Assembly (NCBI GenBank): GCA_035548315.1
Contig: DASZTF010000044.1
Location: forward strand, 159,615 to 223,614
From: Minisyncoccota bacterium
Lineage (GTDB): Bacteria > Patescibacteriota > Minisyncoccia > Phycocordibacterales > Phycocordibacteraceae
Length of the DNA: 64,000 nucleotides
Direction: 5' to 3'
Shown here: one piece after another, positions 45,866 through 54,485 of the stretch
How the letters are laid out: every line of letters starts with the position of its first letter
Position numbering within the stretch: position 1 is the stretch's first letter
The notes under the pieces: generated by a model
Database searches by the model: none
What the model saw: the letters and a program-made list of their open reading frames with translations, nothing else
What the model was told of the DNA's origin: nothing
Made by a program: the position numbers and the translations under genes

Positions 45866-46882
45866 TCAATCAAGGTACTTTGCGCGGTTTGCCTTGTGCT
45901 GCGCAAAGGTGACGGCATAGTGCATCTGCCCGTCGATACCAGTGAGGTAATAGAGCGCGGTCGTCGTCGCCGGGGTAACCGCCGCAAGAATGGCATTGAG
46001 CCCAGGGTTGCCGATCGGCCCAGGCGGCAGGCCCTTATTTCTATAGGTGTTGTAGGGAGAATCGATCGCGAGGTCATCAAGCGACGGACTGAACTCCGGC
46101 TTGTCTTCGATATAGCCGAACACCGCATCGACCTGCAGCGGCATTCCCTTCTGGAGTCGGTTGTAGAGGATGCCGGCGACCATGCGCTTGTCAGTGAGCG
46201 ACTTCGCTTCGTCCTCGAGTATAGAAGCCATCACGAGATCATCGGTGAGTGGCCGGTCGAACGCATCAATTTGGGGAGAAATGCTCGCGATTTGGTCGAG
46301 GAAGTTCGCGTACATCTTCACCACCACCTCATCGGGGGTGACGTCGGGGTAAAAGAAGTAGGTGTCCGGGAACAGATATCCTTCGAGCGGGAGTGCTTCG
46401 TTCAGAAATCCGTCCGCGTCAAAGCTTGGGAAGCGCGCCTTAAGCTGTCGCGCGATCTCGCGCACGGTCTCCCCTTCCCGAATCACCACCCGCTCCGCCA
46501 CGATGCCGAAGGCGCCGTCTTGCACGCGCTCTTCCACACGGAAAAGTCCCACCGGGCGCTCGAATACGTACTTGCCCGACTTCATGCCTGCGTTTGCGCC
46601 CCTGAGGCGCGCGAGCACTTCAAACAGTAGCGGCGAGCGGATGAGTCCCTCGGCCGTAAGCTGGTCGGCCACCTCCGCGAGCGTGGCCCCTTGGGGAATA
46701 GTAATGATCTCCCCTGTCGGGAATTGGGGTGCGGGATCGAGGAGTACGAACCAGCCTGCAAGTAGCACCACGGCGAGCCCAAGCGCGCCGCATACATACA
46801 CGGCCTTGAGCCGGGTGAACTGAAATTCGAGCACCGCGAATGCGAGCATTACGAACTGCTTTACCGAAGACGGCTCGTTCAT
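45866..46882 (-). CDS. mltG: Endolytic transglycosylase MltG
   Basis: LEGYLFPDTY, ASILEDE, NRL..GMPLQVD, SPYNTY...GLPPGPI. Confidence 0.95.
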   Translation of the reverse strand: MNEPSSVKQFVMLAFAVLEFQFTRLKAVYVCGALGLAVVLLAGWFVLLDPAPQFPTGEIITIPQGATLAEVADQLTAEGLIRSPLLFEVLARLRGANAGMKSGKYVFERPVGLFRVEERVQDGAFGIVAERVVIREGETVREIARQLKARFPSFDADGFLNEALPLEGYLFPDTYFFYPDVTPDEVVVKMYANFLDQIASISPQIDAFDRPLTDDLVMASILEDEAKSLTDKRMVAGILYNRLQKGMPLQVDAVFGYIEDKPEFSPSLDDLAIDSPYNTYRNKGLPPGPIGNPGLNAILAAVTPATTTALYYLTGIDGQMHYAVTFAQHKANRAKYLD

Positions 46883-48249
46883 GTCGGGAGGTTCGAAGGC
46901 GCCTCAGTCGTCGTCGACTGGATGCGTGGGAGGTTCGGTGCTGCCACCGTCGAGCTCGGGATGTGGAAGATCGACGCGAGCTCCTCGACGCTCATGATCA
47001 TCCATGGCCCGACATATGGGTACTGGAAGTACGCGCGCCGACGCGTGAACTCAAGAAGTTCGAGCATGCGGTGCCGGCGGATCCGACCGCTCCGATCTTC
47101 CCACGGATAGCTGTTGAAAGCCTCCGACCACAACTTGAGCGGGGTGAGCGACTGGCTCGCCGTGGCCCAGGGGCGGAATATCTGCGTTACGAATGCGCCG
47201 ATGTAATCGCGCACATGGCCCTCCTCCGCGACATACACAGCGCGGATGCCCACGTCGTAGGCAAGCTTGTCGGTGTTACGACCGATGGCGGCGAGCGTCT
47301 CGGTCTGGCCCTTGGTCGGGTTCGGGAATCCTTCGCTTTCGTGCTTGTTGCCCTGCGCGTCCACGTAGGTGGTTTTTTTCACCGTGCTTGCCCGGATTTT
47401 CTCGATGAGTTCTTTGCCTTCGTCCTCCCATTTCTTACCGTTCTTGTACCCGCGCGTGTAGCGGATCATAATGTGGATCCACAGCTGCTCTTTGGGGCCG
47501 AGCGAGCCCATGAATTCAATGACGTTCGCAAGCGGATCGGTCGCCTCCTCTGGTTTAGCGACGGGGATTTTATCGAGTCCAAAGTCTGTGTAGGTTTTTA
47601 TGGGGAACGGGCTCTCGGCCTTCTTCGTGATCTCGCAGCCCCACATGGTGTAGGGTGGCTCGTTCGGGTCTATCACGCGGGTGTAGTCGACGGCCTCGAC
47701 GATCTCGACGCCCGGATACTGCGAATAGAAGTACGTCTCGATGATGTGGCGGAAGCTCTGGCGCGTCCAGACGTAAAAATGCACTCGGCCGCCGAGCGAG
47801 ACGATCTCGAATGAATACCAGGGCACGCTGCGACCCTCCCAGTACTTCTTGAAAAAGGTGCCGGTACCTGGCGTGAGGTGGATGTTCGCGAAAATGGTTT
47901 CCATCGCAAGCGGTGTCTTTTTCGTATCGCGCGGCAGGCGGATTTCAAGGAGGACGGTGGGCTGACGCAAATTCCATGCGAACACGCGGGAATCTACCCA
48001 GCGCCTCCACGCGAATCGTCCAATGAGAAATGGGATCCAGACCGGCGCGACGAAAATCAGGAAGTTGAAATCGCGGAGCATCTGCCCCGGATCCATGAGT
48101 GTGAAGATGATGAGGCATGCGACAAACGGCACCACGAGGGACCACAGGGGGAATTCCACGCTGTATTTCTCGAGCAGCGTATGCAGCCAGTGCTCGATAC
48201 GATCGAGACCGGGTAGGAGCGAACCACCACCGTGTCCGCCTGATGACAT
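46879..48249 (-). CDS. CPR-type hypothetical membrane protein (resembles the N-terminal region of CPR VirD4/TraD-like proteins)
   Basis: TM helices, LLEIRLPR...PLAME, SFEIVS, YSQYP..EI....DY, FPIKTY, EELASIFHIP. Confidence 0.75.
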   Translation of the reverse strand: MSSGGHGGGSLLPGLDRIEHWLHTLLEKYSVEFPLWSLVVPFVACLIIFTLMDPGQMLRDFNFLIFVAPVWIPFLIGRFAWRRWVDSRVFAWNLRQPTVLLEIRLPRDTKKTPLAMETIFANIHLTPGTGTFFKKYWEGRSVPWYSFEIVSLGGRVHFYVWTRQSFRHIIETYFYSQYPGVEIVEAVDYTRVIDPNEPPYTMWGCEITKKAESPFPIKTYTDFGLDKIPVAKPEEATDPLANVIEFMGSLGPKEQLWIHIMIRYTRGYKNGKKWEDEGKELIEKIRASTVKKTTYVDAQGNKHESEGFPNPTKGQTETLAAIGRNTDKLAYDVGIRAVYVAEEGHVRDYIGAFVTQIFRPWATASQSLTPLKLWSEAFNSYPWEDRSGRIRRHRMLELLEFTRRRAYFQYPYVGPWMIMSVEELASIFHIPSSTVAAPNLPRIQSTTTEAPSNLPT

Positions 48250-48270
48250 ATGCAAAAAGTATAGCATTAG

Positions 48271-48305
48271 GAAAACCGCGCGCCCCAGAGGGGCGCGCGG
48301 TTTTC
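48271..48305 (-). terminator. Intrinsic terminator
   Basis: GAAAACCGCGCGCCCC-AGA-GGGGCGCGCGGTTTTC. Confidence 0.85.
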
Positions 48306-48317
48306 TCAATCGAGCGC

Positions 48318-49388
48318 TTACGCAGCGCTGTACGTGCCGTCCTTCGCGCGTTTGAAGTAGCGGGTGTCATTCAGGTTCACCAAAATGGTGTTGTCCTTCA
48401 CGTAGCGGACCTTTTTCACGGCAGCCATGACTTCCTCACGGGTCATCGGTCCTTCCTTTTTCAGGATGTCGCGGATCACATCGCGGACGACGCCCGGATT
48501 GTATCCCCACTCAGCGAGTGCGTAGAGGCCGCGGCCCACGAGCACAAAGCGTGGGTCCTTGATGAGTTCGTTGTGCGTCGTCGCCACGTGAGCTTTCTTC
48601 GCGAACATGCTTGAAATAGTTTTCGCAACATCTGAGAAGTGCATCGGCTTGCCGCGCTGCTTGATCACGAGGTATGCGTAGTCGCGGATGCCTTTCGTGC
48701 GGATGGTCGGCGACGCCGCGCGACCCCACTCGGAAAGCGGATTGCTGCCGATGGTCTTGCTGAGCGAGAGCCAGCGCTTCAAGATCTCTTCGTTCTTGTA
48801 TGCATCGTTCACGCTCTTGAGCTCGTCAAGGAATTTGTCGAGCAGTTCACCCTCGGGGAGGACATCACCGTCCTCCAGTGATGCGTAGAGGGAGGACAGC
48901 GCCTCGTGCACCTTCTCTGCGGTCGCGTGGTCGACGTGCCAGCGTGCATAAAAATCATCGGTCTCGCGCTCACGGAAGAACGCCGAGCCCACCACGAGGA
49001 GGAAGCGGTAGCGGTTACGGGTCTTCTCGTCCTTAGCGAGGCCAGCGAGGAGCTCATCCTCAGGGACGATGCCGCCAAGTGACTCGATATGGCTCTGGAG
49101 GCTGGCGAAGGCCGCCTCGGCATCTTTAAATGCCTTGCCCGAACGGACCGCGTCGAGGCCAGCAGACTCGATCTGGCGCACACGCTCGCGCGTGATGCTC
49201 CAGCGCTCACCGATCTCCTCAAGCGTCTCGCGCTCGGGGGACGCGCCGAGGCCAAAGCGGTAGGTCAGGACCTCGCGGGCGCGCTCAGGTACGTCGGCGA
49301 GGAGCTTTTTGACCAGGACCACAGTGTCGATTGCCGGGCCGTTTGCGGAAGCCTTCTTCTTCGGGGTTGCCTTCATGGATTTAGCCAT
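48318..49388 (-). CDS. Sigma70 region-4 HTH + winged-helix (RNAP delta/HARE-HTH-like) protein
   Basis: RFGL...TLEEIG....ITRERVRQIE; KPMHFSDV...THNELIKDPRFVLVGRGLYAL.EW. Confidence 0.85.
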   Translation of the reverse strand: MAKSMKATPKKKASANGPAIDTVVLVKKLLADVPERAREVLTYRFGLGASPERETLEEIGERWSITRERVRQIESAGLDAVRSGKAFKDAEAAFASLQSHIESLGGIVPEDELLAGLAKDEKTRNRYRFLLVVGSAFFRERETDDFYARWHVDHATAEKVHEALSSLYASLEDGDVLPEGELLDKFLDELKSVNDAYKNEEILKRWLSLSKTIGSNPLSEWGRAASPTIRTKGIRDYAYLVIKQRGKPMHFSDVAKTISSMFAKKAHVATTHNELIKDPRFVLVGRGLYALAEWGYNPGVVRDVIRDILKKEGPMTREEVMAAVKKVRYVKDNTILVNLNDTRYFKRAKDGTYSAA

Positions 49389-49442
49389 ATAGTAATGTGG
49401 TGTTATTTATACCAAATGCCCGTAATTCCGTCAATAAGCCCC

Positions 49443-52400
49443 TCAACCCCCTACCAGGTTGAGTATTTTCCCGGGTACATAGACCACTCGGGCGGGGTCC
49501 TTACCCCCGAGGGCGGCCTCCACGGGGCCAAGTTTACGCGCTTCTGCGACCGCTTCTGCCTCGCCGGCATCCACCGCAAGCTGGATGTCACCGCGGCGCT
49601 TGCCGTTCACTTGCACGCCGATCGTGACGGTGTCATTCACAAGGAGCGTAGCGTCGTAGGAGGGCCACGGAGCAGCGTGGACACTGCCCTCCCCACCTGA
49701 CTTACTCCAGAGATGCTCCATAAGATGCGGCGCGAACGGTGCAGTCAAACGAATAAGGTCGGCGTAGGCATCGACCGGGATTTCCGTCAGCTCCTCGAGG
49801 TCACGCACCAAGACCATGAGTGCAGAGAGCGCGGTGTTGAATTTGAAGCGTTCTGATTCAGTAGATACCTTCGATTCTGCCCTCGCGAGCATGCGCAGCA
49901 CGTCCTCCCCAAGCACCGCAGCGCTGCGGCGTTCGTAGAGCGCGACGATGCGGTCGAGGAACTTGCGCATGGAATAGACGCCATCGAGGTTCCAGGGATA
50001 GTGACCCGGCTCGTTATAGGGGCCGATAAAGGCGAGGTACATACGCACGGCATCAGCGCCGTGTTCCTTCACGACGTCGTCCGGGTTAATCACGTTCCCC
50101 TTTGACTTAGACATCTTCGCGCCGTCGGGACCTAGGATGATGCCGCGGTTATAGCGTTCGGCGAATGGCTCATCGACCGGCACAAGCGCAAGATCGTGCA
50201 GCGCCATAGTGAAAAAGCGTGCGTAGAGCAAGTGCATCGTGGTGTGCTCGCTCCCGCCCGAGTAGCGCTCGACAGGCATCCACTTCCTGAGCATGCTTTG
50301 GTCGGAGAAGTCGTGATTATCTTTCGGATCGAGATAGCGGAGGAAGTACCAGGAGGAATCTACGAACGTATCGAGCGTGTCGTACTCCGGCGTCCAGCCT
50401 TCGCCAAAGAGTTTCGTGACGCGGTCCTTGAGTTCTTGCGAGGTCGCGAGCGGCGACGCGGCATCGCCTGTGGTGAGCGAAGTCGAACCATTCGGGGTGA
50501 AGTCCACATCGGTGGGAAGGAGCCACGGTAGGTGCTCTGCCGGGACGAGGTGCGGCTTACCTTCCGGGTCGTACACCACTGGGATCGGACAGCCCCAATA
50601 GCGCTGACGGCTCACGAGCCAATCACGGATGCGGTAGTTGGTCACGCGCTCGCCTCCTGCTGCCTTCACGATGTCCCACATCGCTTCGCGATTATCGCGG
50701 CCGCTGAATTCACCCGAGTCCATAAGTACACCGTCGCCTGTATCTGCCGCCGCCGGGCGCTCCATGCGCTCCCGTATGTATTCAATTTCTGAGTGGCGCA
50801 TTTTTTCTGCCGCAATATCGTCGAAGTCGAGCCAGAAAGCCTCGTGCTGCTGGCGTTCTTCCTCGTCAACCTCATCGCGTTCTTCATTCTCAAGATCGAA
50901 CAAAACGATCGTGTTAACGGCGATACGATTTATGCCCTTGTGAGCTGCGTAGAATTCGCTTTGTGTGTATCCAAGGGTGCGCACGTAGGTCAGGTTCTTA
51001 TAGCCCGTTTCCTCCCGTACTTCCCGCCGCGCGGCTTCTATAGCGTCTTCACCCGCATCTATGCCTCCGGTGATAAATGTCGTCCAAGGCTGCTTCTTCC
51101 ATTTGAGGCCAATGTACTTGCTTGTAGCTGGGTTCCGTACTATCACCAGCACCGCGTTCCGCTTAACGAGCTCCTTGCCCTCCTGCCACGGGTTTTCTTT
51201 ATCTATAAAATGCGGGATTACGACCGTTTTTATCGGGAGCGCGTACTTCTGCGCAAACTCAAAGTCCCGCTCGTCGTGCGCAGGTACGGCCATGACGGCA
51301 CCAGTGCCGTAGGAACCGAGCACGTAGTCGGCGACGTACACCGGAATCGCCTCGCCATTTGCGGGATTCTTAGCGAGCACCCCCTTGAGTTCAACGCCCG
51401 TCTTCTCCTTATTCTCGCTGCGTTCGCGCTCAGTCTTGCGCTTGGTCGCCTCGACGTATGCAGCCACTTCTTGCTTATTGGAAACGCTCGACAGCAGCTC
51501 GGTTACAAGTGAGTGCTCGGGCGCGAGCACCACATATGTCGCTCCGTAGAGCGTATCAGGGCGAGTCGTAAACACTTCAATCACCTTGCCACTTTCCGAG
51601 AGGAGCGCGCTCAGCACTTCCGGCTCCTGGTCGCCGTCAAAGTGCCCGTCTTGCGCCACCACACGGCGGACTGCGATGCCGCTCGCCTGCTCGATACGAT
51701 CAGCTTGCTCGCTGCTGACTGCAGGATCGTTCACATCGTGCAAGATAACGATCTCACCGACGTTCGCCTTGATGCTCCTCCAGTCGAAGTCCCATGAAAA
51801 GGTCTCCTCAAAGTTGCGCGGGTTGTCTTTAAACTCGGGATCAACAAAACCGCCAGCGAGTACCAACTTGGCAATCGGGCTCTTCAGTTGCTCCGCTACT
51901 TTCAGCGCAGTGACTGCGCCGAGGCTCCAGCCGAACAGCACCGTGTTCTCGTCGTAGTCAGCTGCTGCAAGTGCGGCGCTGACCCAGTCTTGCTCATTCG
52001 GCTTCTTGGCCTGCGGCAGTGCTGGTGTAATGACCTCTGCGCCCTGAGCCTCAAGAACCTGCTTAACCCACGGGAAGTAGCCATCGGTCGGTGAACCGCA
52101 GAATCCGTGGAGCATGACGTACTTCTTACCTGCAGCGGCGATTGGGAATCGCAACTTCGCGCCCTCCGACTTCCCGATCCAGGCGCGCTGGGCATCCTTA
52201 ATTTCCTCGCGCCAGGGGAGTGCATCGAGGTCACTGAGCAGGCGCTCCGCATACTGAGTGATCTTCATGAACCACTGGGTGAGTTTGCGCTCCTCTACTG
52301 CGGTACCGCAGCGCTCACAATGACCGTCGATCACCTGTTCGTTTGCAAGCACCGTTTTATCTTTCGGGCACCATTTCACCGCGGCCTGCTTACGCTCGGC

Positions 52401-52847
52401 GAGGCCGTGTTCGTAGAGCTTGGCGAAGAGCCACTGCGTCCAATGGTAGTACTCCGGGTCGCAGGTCACGACTTCCTTGCTCCAGTCCACTGAGGTGCCC
52501 ATGCTCTTGATCTGCTCGCGCATGCGGTCCATGTTCGCGTAGGTCCATTCGCGCGGATCGGTGCCATTCTTCATGGCGGCGTTCTCCGCCGGCAGGCCGA
52601 ATGCGTCGAACCCTATCGGGAATAGGACATTCTTCCCTTGCATGCGCTTCATGCGCGCAAAGATGTCGGTAATCGCAAATGCGTACCAGTGGCCGATGTG
52701 GAGGTCGCCGGAGGGATAGGGGAACTCGAACAGCAGGTAGTACGGATCTTTTGAAGTATCCGTGAGATCAGTGGTGTACAGGTCGAGCGCAGCCCATTTT
52801 TCTTGAGCCTGCTTCTCTATCGCCCGATGGTCATAGCGCTCTGCCAC
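49443..52847 (-). CDS. leuS: Leucine--tRNA ligase with inserted alpha/beta-hydrolase and Nudix domains
   Basis: FPYPSGDLHIGH, FTTRPDT, GTGAVMAVPAHDERD, SRQRYWG, KMSKS; 1134 aa. Confidence 0.97.
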   Translation of the reverse strand: MAERYDHRAIEKQAQEKWAALDLYTTDLTDTSKDPYYLLFEFPYPSGDLHIGHWYAFAITDIFARMKRMQGKNVLFPIGFDAFGLPAENAAMKNGTDPREWTYANMDRMREQIKSMGTSVDWSKEVVTCDPEYYHWTQWLFAKLYEHGLAERKQAAVKWCPKDKTVLANEQVIDGHCERCGTAVEERKLTQWFMKITQYAERLLSDLDALPWREEIKDAQRAWIGKSEGAKLRFPIAAAGKKYVMLHGFCGSPTDGYFPWVKQVLEAQGAEVITPALPQAKKPNEQDWVSAALAAADYDENTVLFGWSLGAVTALKVAEQLKSPIAKLVLAGGFVDPEFKDNPRNFEETFSWDFDWRSIKANVGEIVILHDVNDPAVSSEQADRIEQASGIAVRRVVAQDGHFDGDQEPEVLSALLSESGKVIEVFTTRPDTLYGATYVVLAPEHSLVTELLSSVSNKQEVAAYVEATKRKTERERSENKEKTGVELKGVLAKNPANGEAIPVYVADYVLGSYGTGAVMAVPAHDERDFEFAQKYALPIKTVVIPHFIDKENPWQEGKELVKRNAVLVIVRNPATSKYIGLKWKKQPWTTFITGGIDAGEDAIEAARREVREETGYKNLTYVRTLGYTQSEFYAAHKGINRIAVNTIVLFDLENEERDEVDEEERQQHEAFWLDFDDIAAEKMRHSEIEYIRERMERPAAADTGDGVLMDSGEFSGRDNREAMWDIVKAAGGERVTNYRIRDWLVSRQRYWGCPIPVVYDPEGKPHLVPAEHLPWLLPTDVDFTPNGSTSLTTGDAASPLATSQELKDRVTKLFGEGWTPEYDTLDTFVDSSWYFLRYLDPKDNHDFSDQSMLRKWMPVERYSGGSEHTTMHLLYARFFTMALHDLALVPVDEPFAERYNRGIILGPDGAKMSKSKGNVINPDDVVKEHGADAVRMYLAFIGPYNEPGHYPWNLDGVYSMRKFLDRIVALYERRSAAVLGEDVLRMLARAESKVSTESERFKFNTALSALMVLVRDLEELTEIPVDAYADLIRLTAPFAPHLMEHLWSKSGGEGSVHAAPWPSYDATLLVNDTVTIGVQVNGKRRGDIQLAVDAGEAEAVAEARKLGPVEAALGGKDPARVVYVPGKILNLVGG
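50466..50490 (+). repeat. Short palindromic element inside leuS (encodes GSTSLTT on the coding strand)
   Basis: GCCTG-TGGT-GAGCGAAGTCGA-ACCA; interrupts the DF.PTG..SPL motif. Confidence 0.7.
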
Positions 52848-52857
52848 AGTGGTAGTG

Positions 52858-52881
52858 AATCACCGCATTAATCACCGCATT
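52858..52881. repeat. Tandem 12-bp repeat AATCACCGCATT x2 upstream of leuS
   Basis: Same unit as the arm of the 41041 palindrome. Confidence 0.8.
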
Positions 52882-53447
52882 TAATCCCTGAAGCGCTTCC
52901 ACCCGATGTAGAGGAGCGCGACGAGGGCAATCGCCGAGATGACGAGCCGCAGCCAGTTCCCTGCTTCGTTCCAGTACATTGCAGAACCGATGATGAGTGA
53001 GAGCACGCCGCCGTAGGAGAGGCCTGAAGACACAATCGAGGAGCCGGTGAGTATGATGCCGGCCACAATCGAGATGAGGCCGAGCACGACCATGAGCGAG
53101 AACGCGTACATGTCGTACTTGGCCATTGCGGCGTCATAGACCGGCTGGCACTTTGCGTAGAAATCACAGTAGCCTGCGGGAGCATTCGGATTAGTCTTGT
53201 CTGAACCAACGGGGCCGGTCTCGGTCCAAATACCGCCCTGCGCGTCACAGCTCGGCGCATCAGCAGCATACGTGCTGTGGGCAGCAGCTGGGCAGTAGTC
53301 ATCAAACTGCGGCGCCGGGAGCACGAGCGAGCGTACGACGACGAAAAAGATGTTGAGGACCACAATGATCCCAAGCACGACGGCCCAGCGGACAAATTTA
53401 GGATGGTTGGGCTTAGAAGCGACAGGTGCGGGTGCGGTGGTTTCCAT
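52881..53447 (-). CDS. Four-TM membrane protein with Cys-rich loop
   Basis: TM, then DYC...CDAQGGIW...GYCD...C loop, then 3 TMs; start ATG 53447. Confidence 0.8.
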   Translation of the reverse strand: METTAPAPVASKPNHPKFVRWAVVLGIIVVLNIFFVVVRSLVLPAPQFDDYCPAAAHSTYAADAPSCDAQGGIWTETGPVGSDKTNPNAPAGYCDFYAKCQPVYDAAMAKYDMYAFSLMVVLGLISIVAGIILTGSSIVSSGLSYGGVLSLIIGSAMYWNEAGNWLRLVISAIALVALLYIGWKRFRD

Positions 53448-53575
53448 ATGCACCCATACTACACCACGCAAATGAAAAGGAAAAAGCCCACGGCACGGTG
53501 TGCGCATGAGCTTTCGTGATGCGTTCTGCATCTGTTCTTTTCCTTGGATGAAAGATCTTCCCTTGAAACACCCCA

Positions 53576-54067
53576 TTATTTTTTTGGCCCGCGCTGCAAC
53601 TCCGCTTTGAAGTCTTCGTTGCAGGCGATCAGGCGGTGAGCAATGTGATCGTCGTTCTCGTGCGGGCGTAGTTTGCCTGCCGAGACGATCGTCCGATTCC
53701 GGCGCGGTTTTGAACCCGTCCGATCGATGATCACCGCAAGCACACGGTAGTTGCCGTCGGGCTTCGCTTGACGCTGAAGCTCGATGACATAGTCCGCATC
53801 GATCAGTTTCGTGCAACGCACTGAGTCGACGCCGACGATGGCCAGGATAGACCTGACATCCTCGACATCGGGTTTGTACTTTGCATTGATGCAGATCGAC
53901 ACTGCCTGGTGCTGGTCCTTGTGGCTGCTTGTCGCAGTCGCTTGGACAGCGTCGGCACCGTCTTCGAGGCCCTGTGCATAGGATGCGCGGGCGTCGTCTT
54001 CTGTCGTACACGCGCTCGTTGCGAGGGCGGATACGATGGCCAGTGCGGCCGCCAGACGGCGACTCAC
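53576..54067 (-). CDS. Putative lipoprotein
   Basis: Signal peptide with lipobox-like TSAC. Confidence 0.65.
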   Translation of the reverse strand: MSRRLAAALAIVSALATSACTTEDDARASYAQGLEDGADAVQATATSSHKDQHQAVSICINAKYKPDVEDVRSILAIVGVDSVRCTKLIDADYVIELQRQAKPDGNYRVLAVIIDRTGSKPRRNRTIVSAGKLRPHENDDHIAHRLIACNEDFKAELQRGPKK

Positions 54068-54408
54068 CGGTTCACCCAGCCTGACGGCTTCTTTGAAGAC
54101 GTGCGGGCGCTCGACTTCATCGACGCGAGAGCAGCGGACTGCTTCGGCGCCGGTTCAGCCGCCACCACGTGGGATCCAGTGCGGTCGAAGCTGTGCTCGA
54201 ACGCGGGAAGCACGGGCGACTTGTAGAGCGCGATGAATAGGAGGCCGAGGAATATTGCCCCGACGATCCCATGGTTCATGTGCGCATGCGCGTTTTGCAG
54301 ACCAAAGTAGTGCTGCGCCATCCAGGCCAAGAAGGACGGGGTGGAGAGCAAAACGAGGATAAGCAAAACTAACTGCACCATATTGAGGTGCACTTCATAG
54401 TTTGGCAT
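54064..54408 (-). CDS. Hypothetical two-TM protein
   Basis: AAGGAG SD before ATG 54408; overlaps the next gene by GTGA. Confidence 0.6.
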   Translation of the reverse strand: MPNYEVHLNMVQLVLLILVLLSTPSFLAWMAQHYFGLQNAHAHMNHGIVGAIFLGLLFIALYKSPVLPAFEHSFDRTGSHVVAAEPAPKQSAALASMKSSARTSSKKPSGWVNR

Positions 54409-54450
54409 TGCGAACTCCTTTGTACACACCGCACCATCTGCGGCTTATTA

Positions 54451-54479
54451 ATATTATCACACTATTTATATATAGTCAA
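54451..54479 (-). promoter_or_regulatory. Sigma70 promoter
   Basis: TTGACT-17 nt-TAATAT. Confidence 0.6.
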
Positions 54480-54485
54480 TAGTTG

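Noticed and set aside
52881-54011. 376-aa version of the membrane protein (and similar N-terminal extensions of grpE, atpF, mnmA, alaS)
   Set aside because: The extensions overlap other genes, promoters or hairpins; downstream ATGs have -10 boxes or match the family N-termini.
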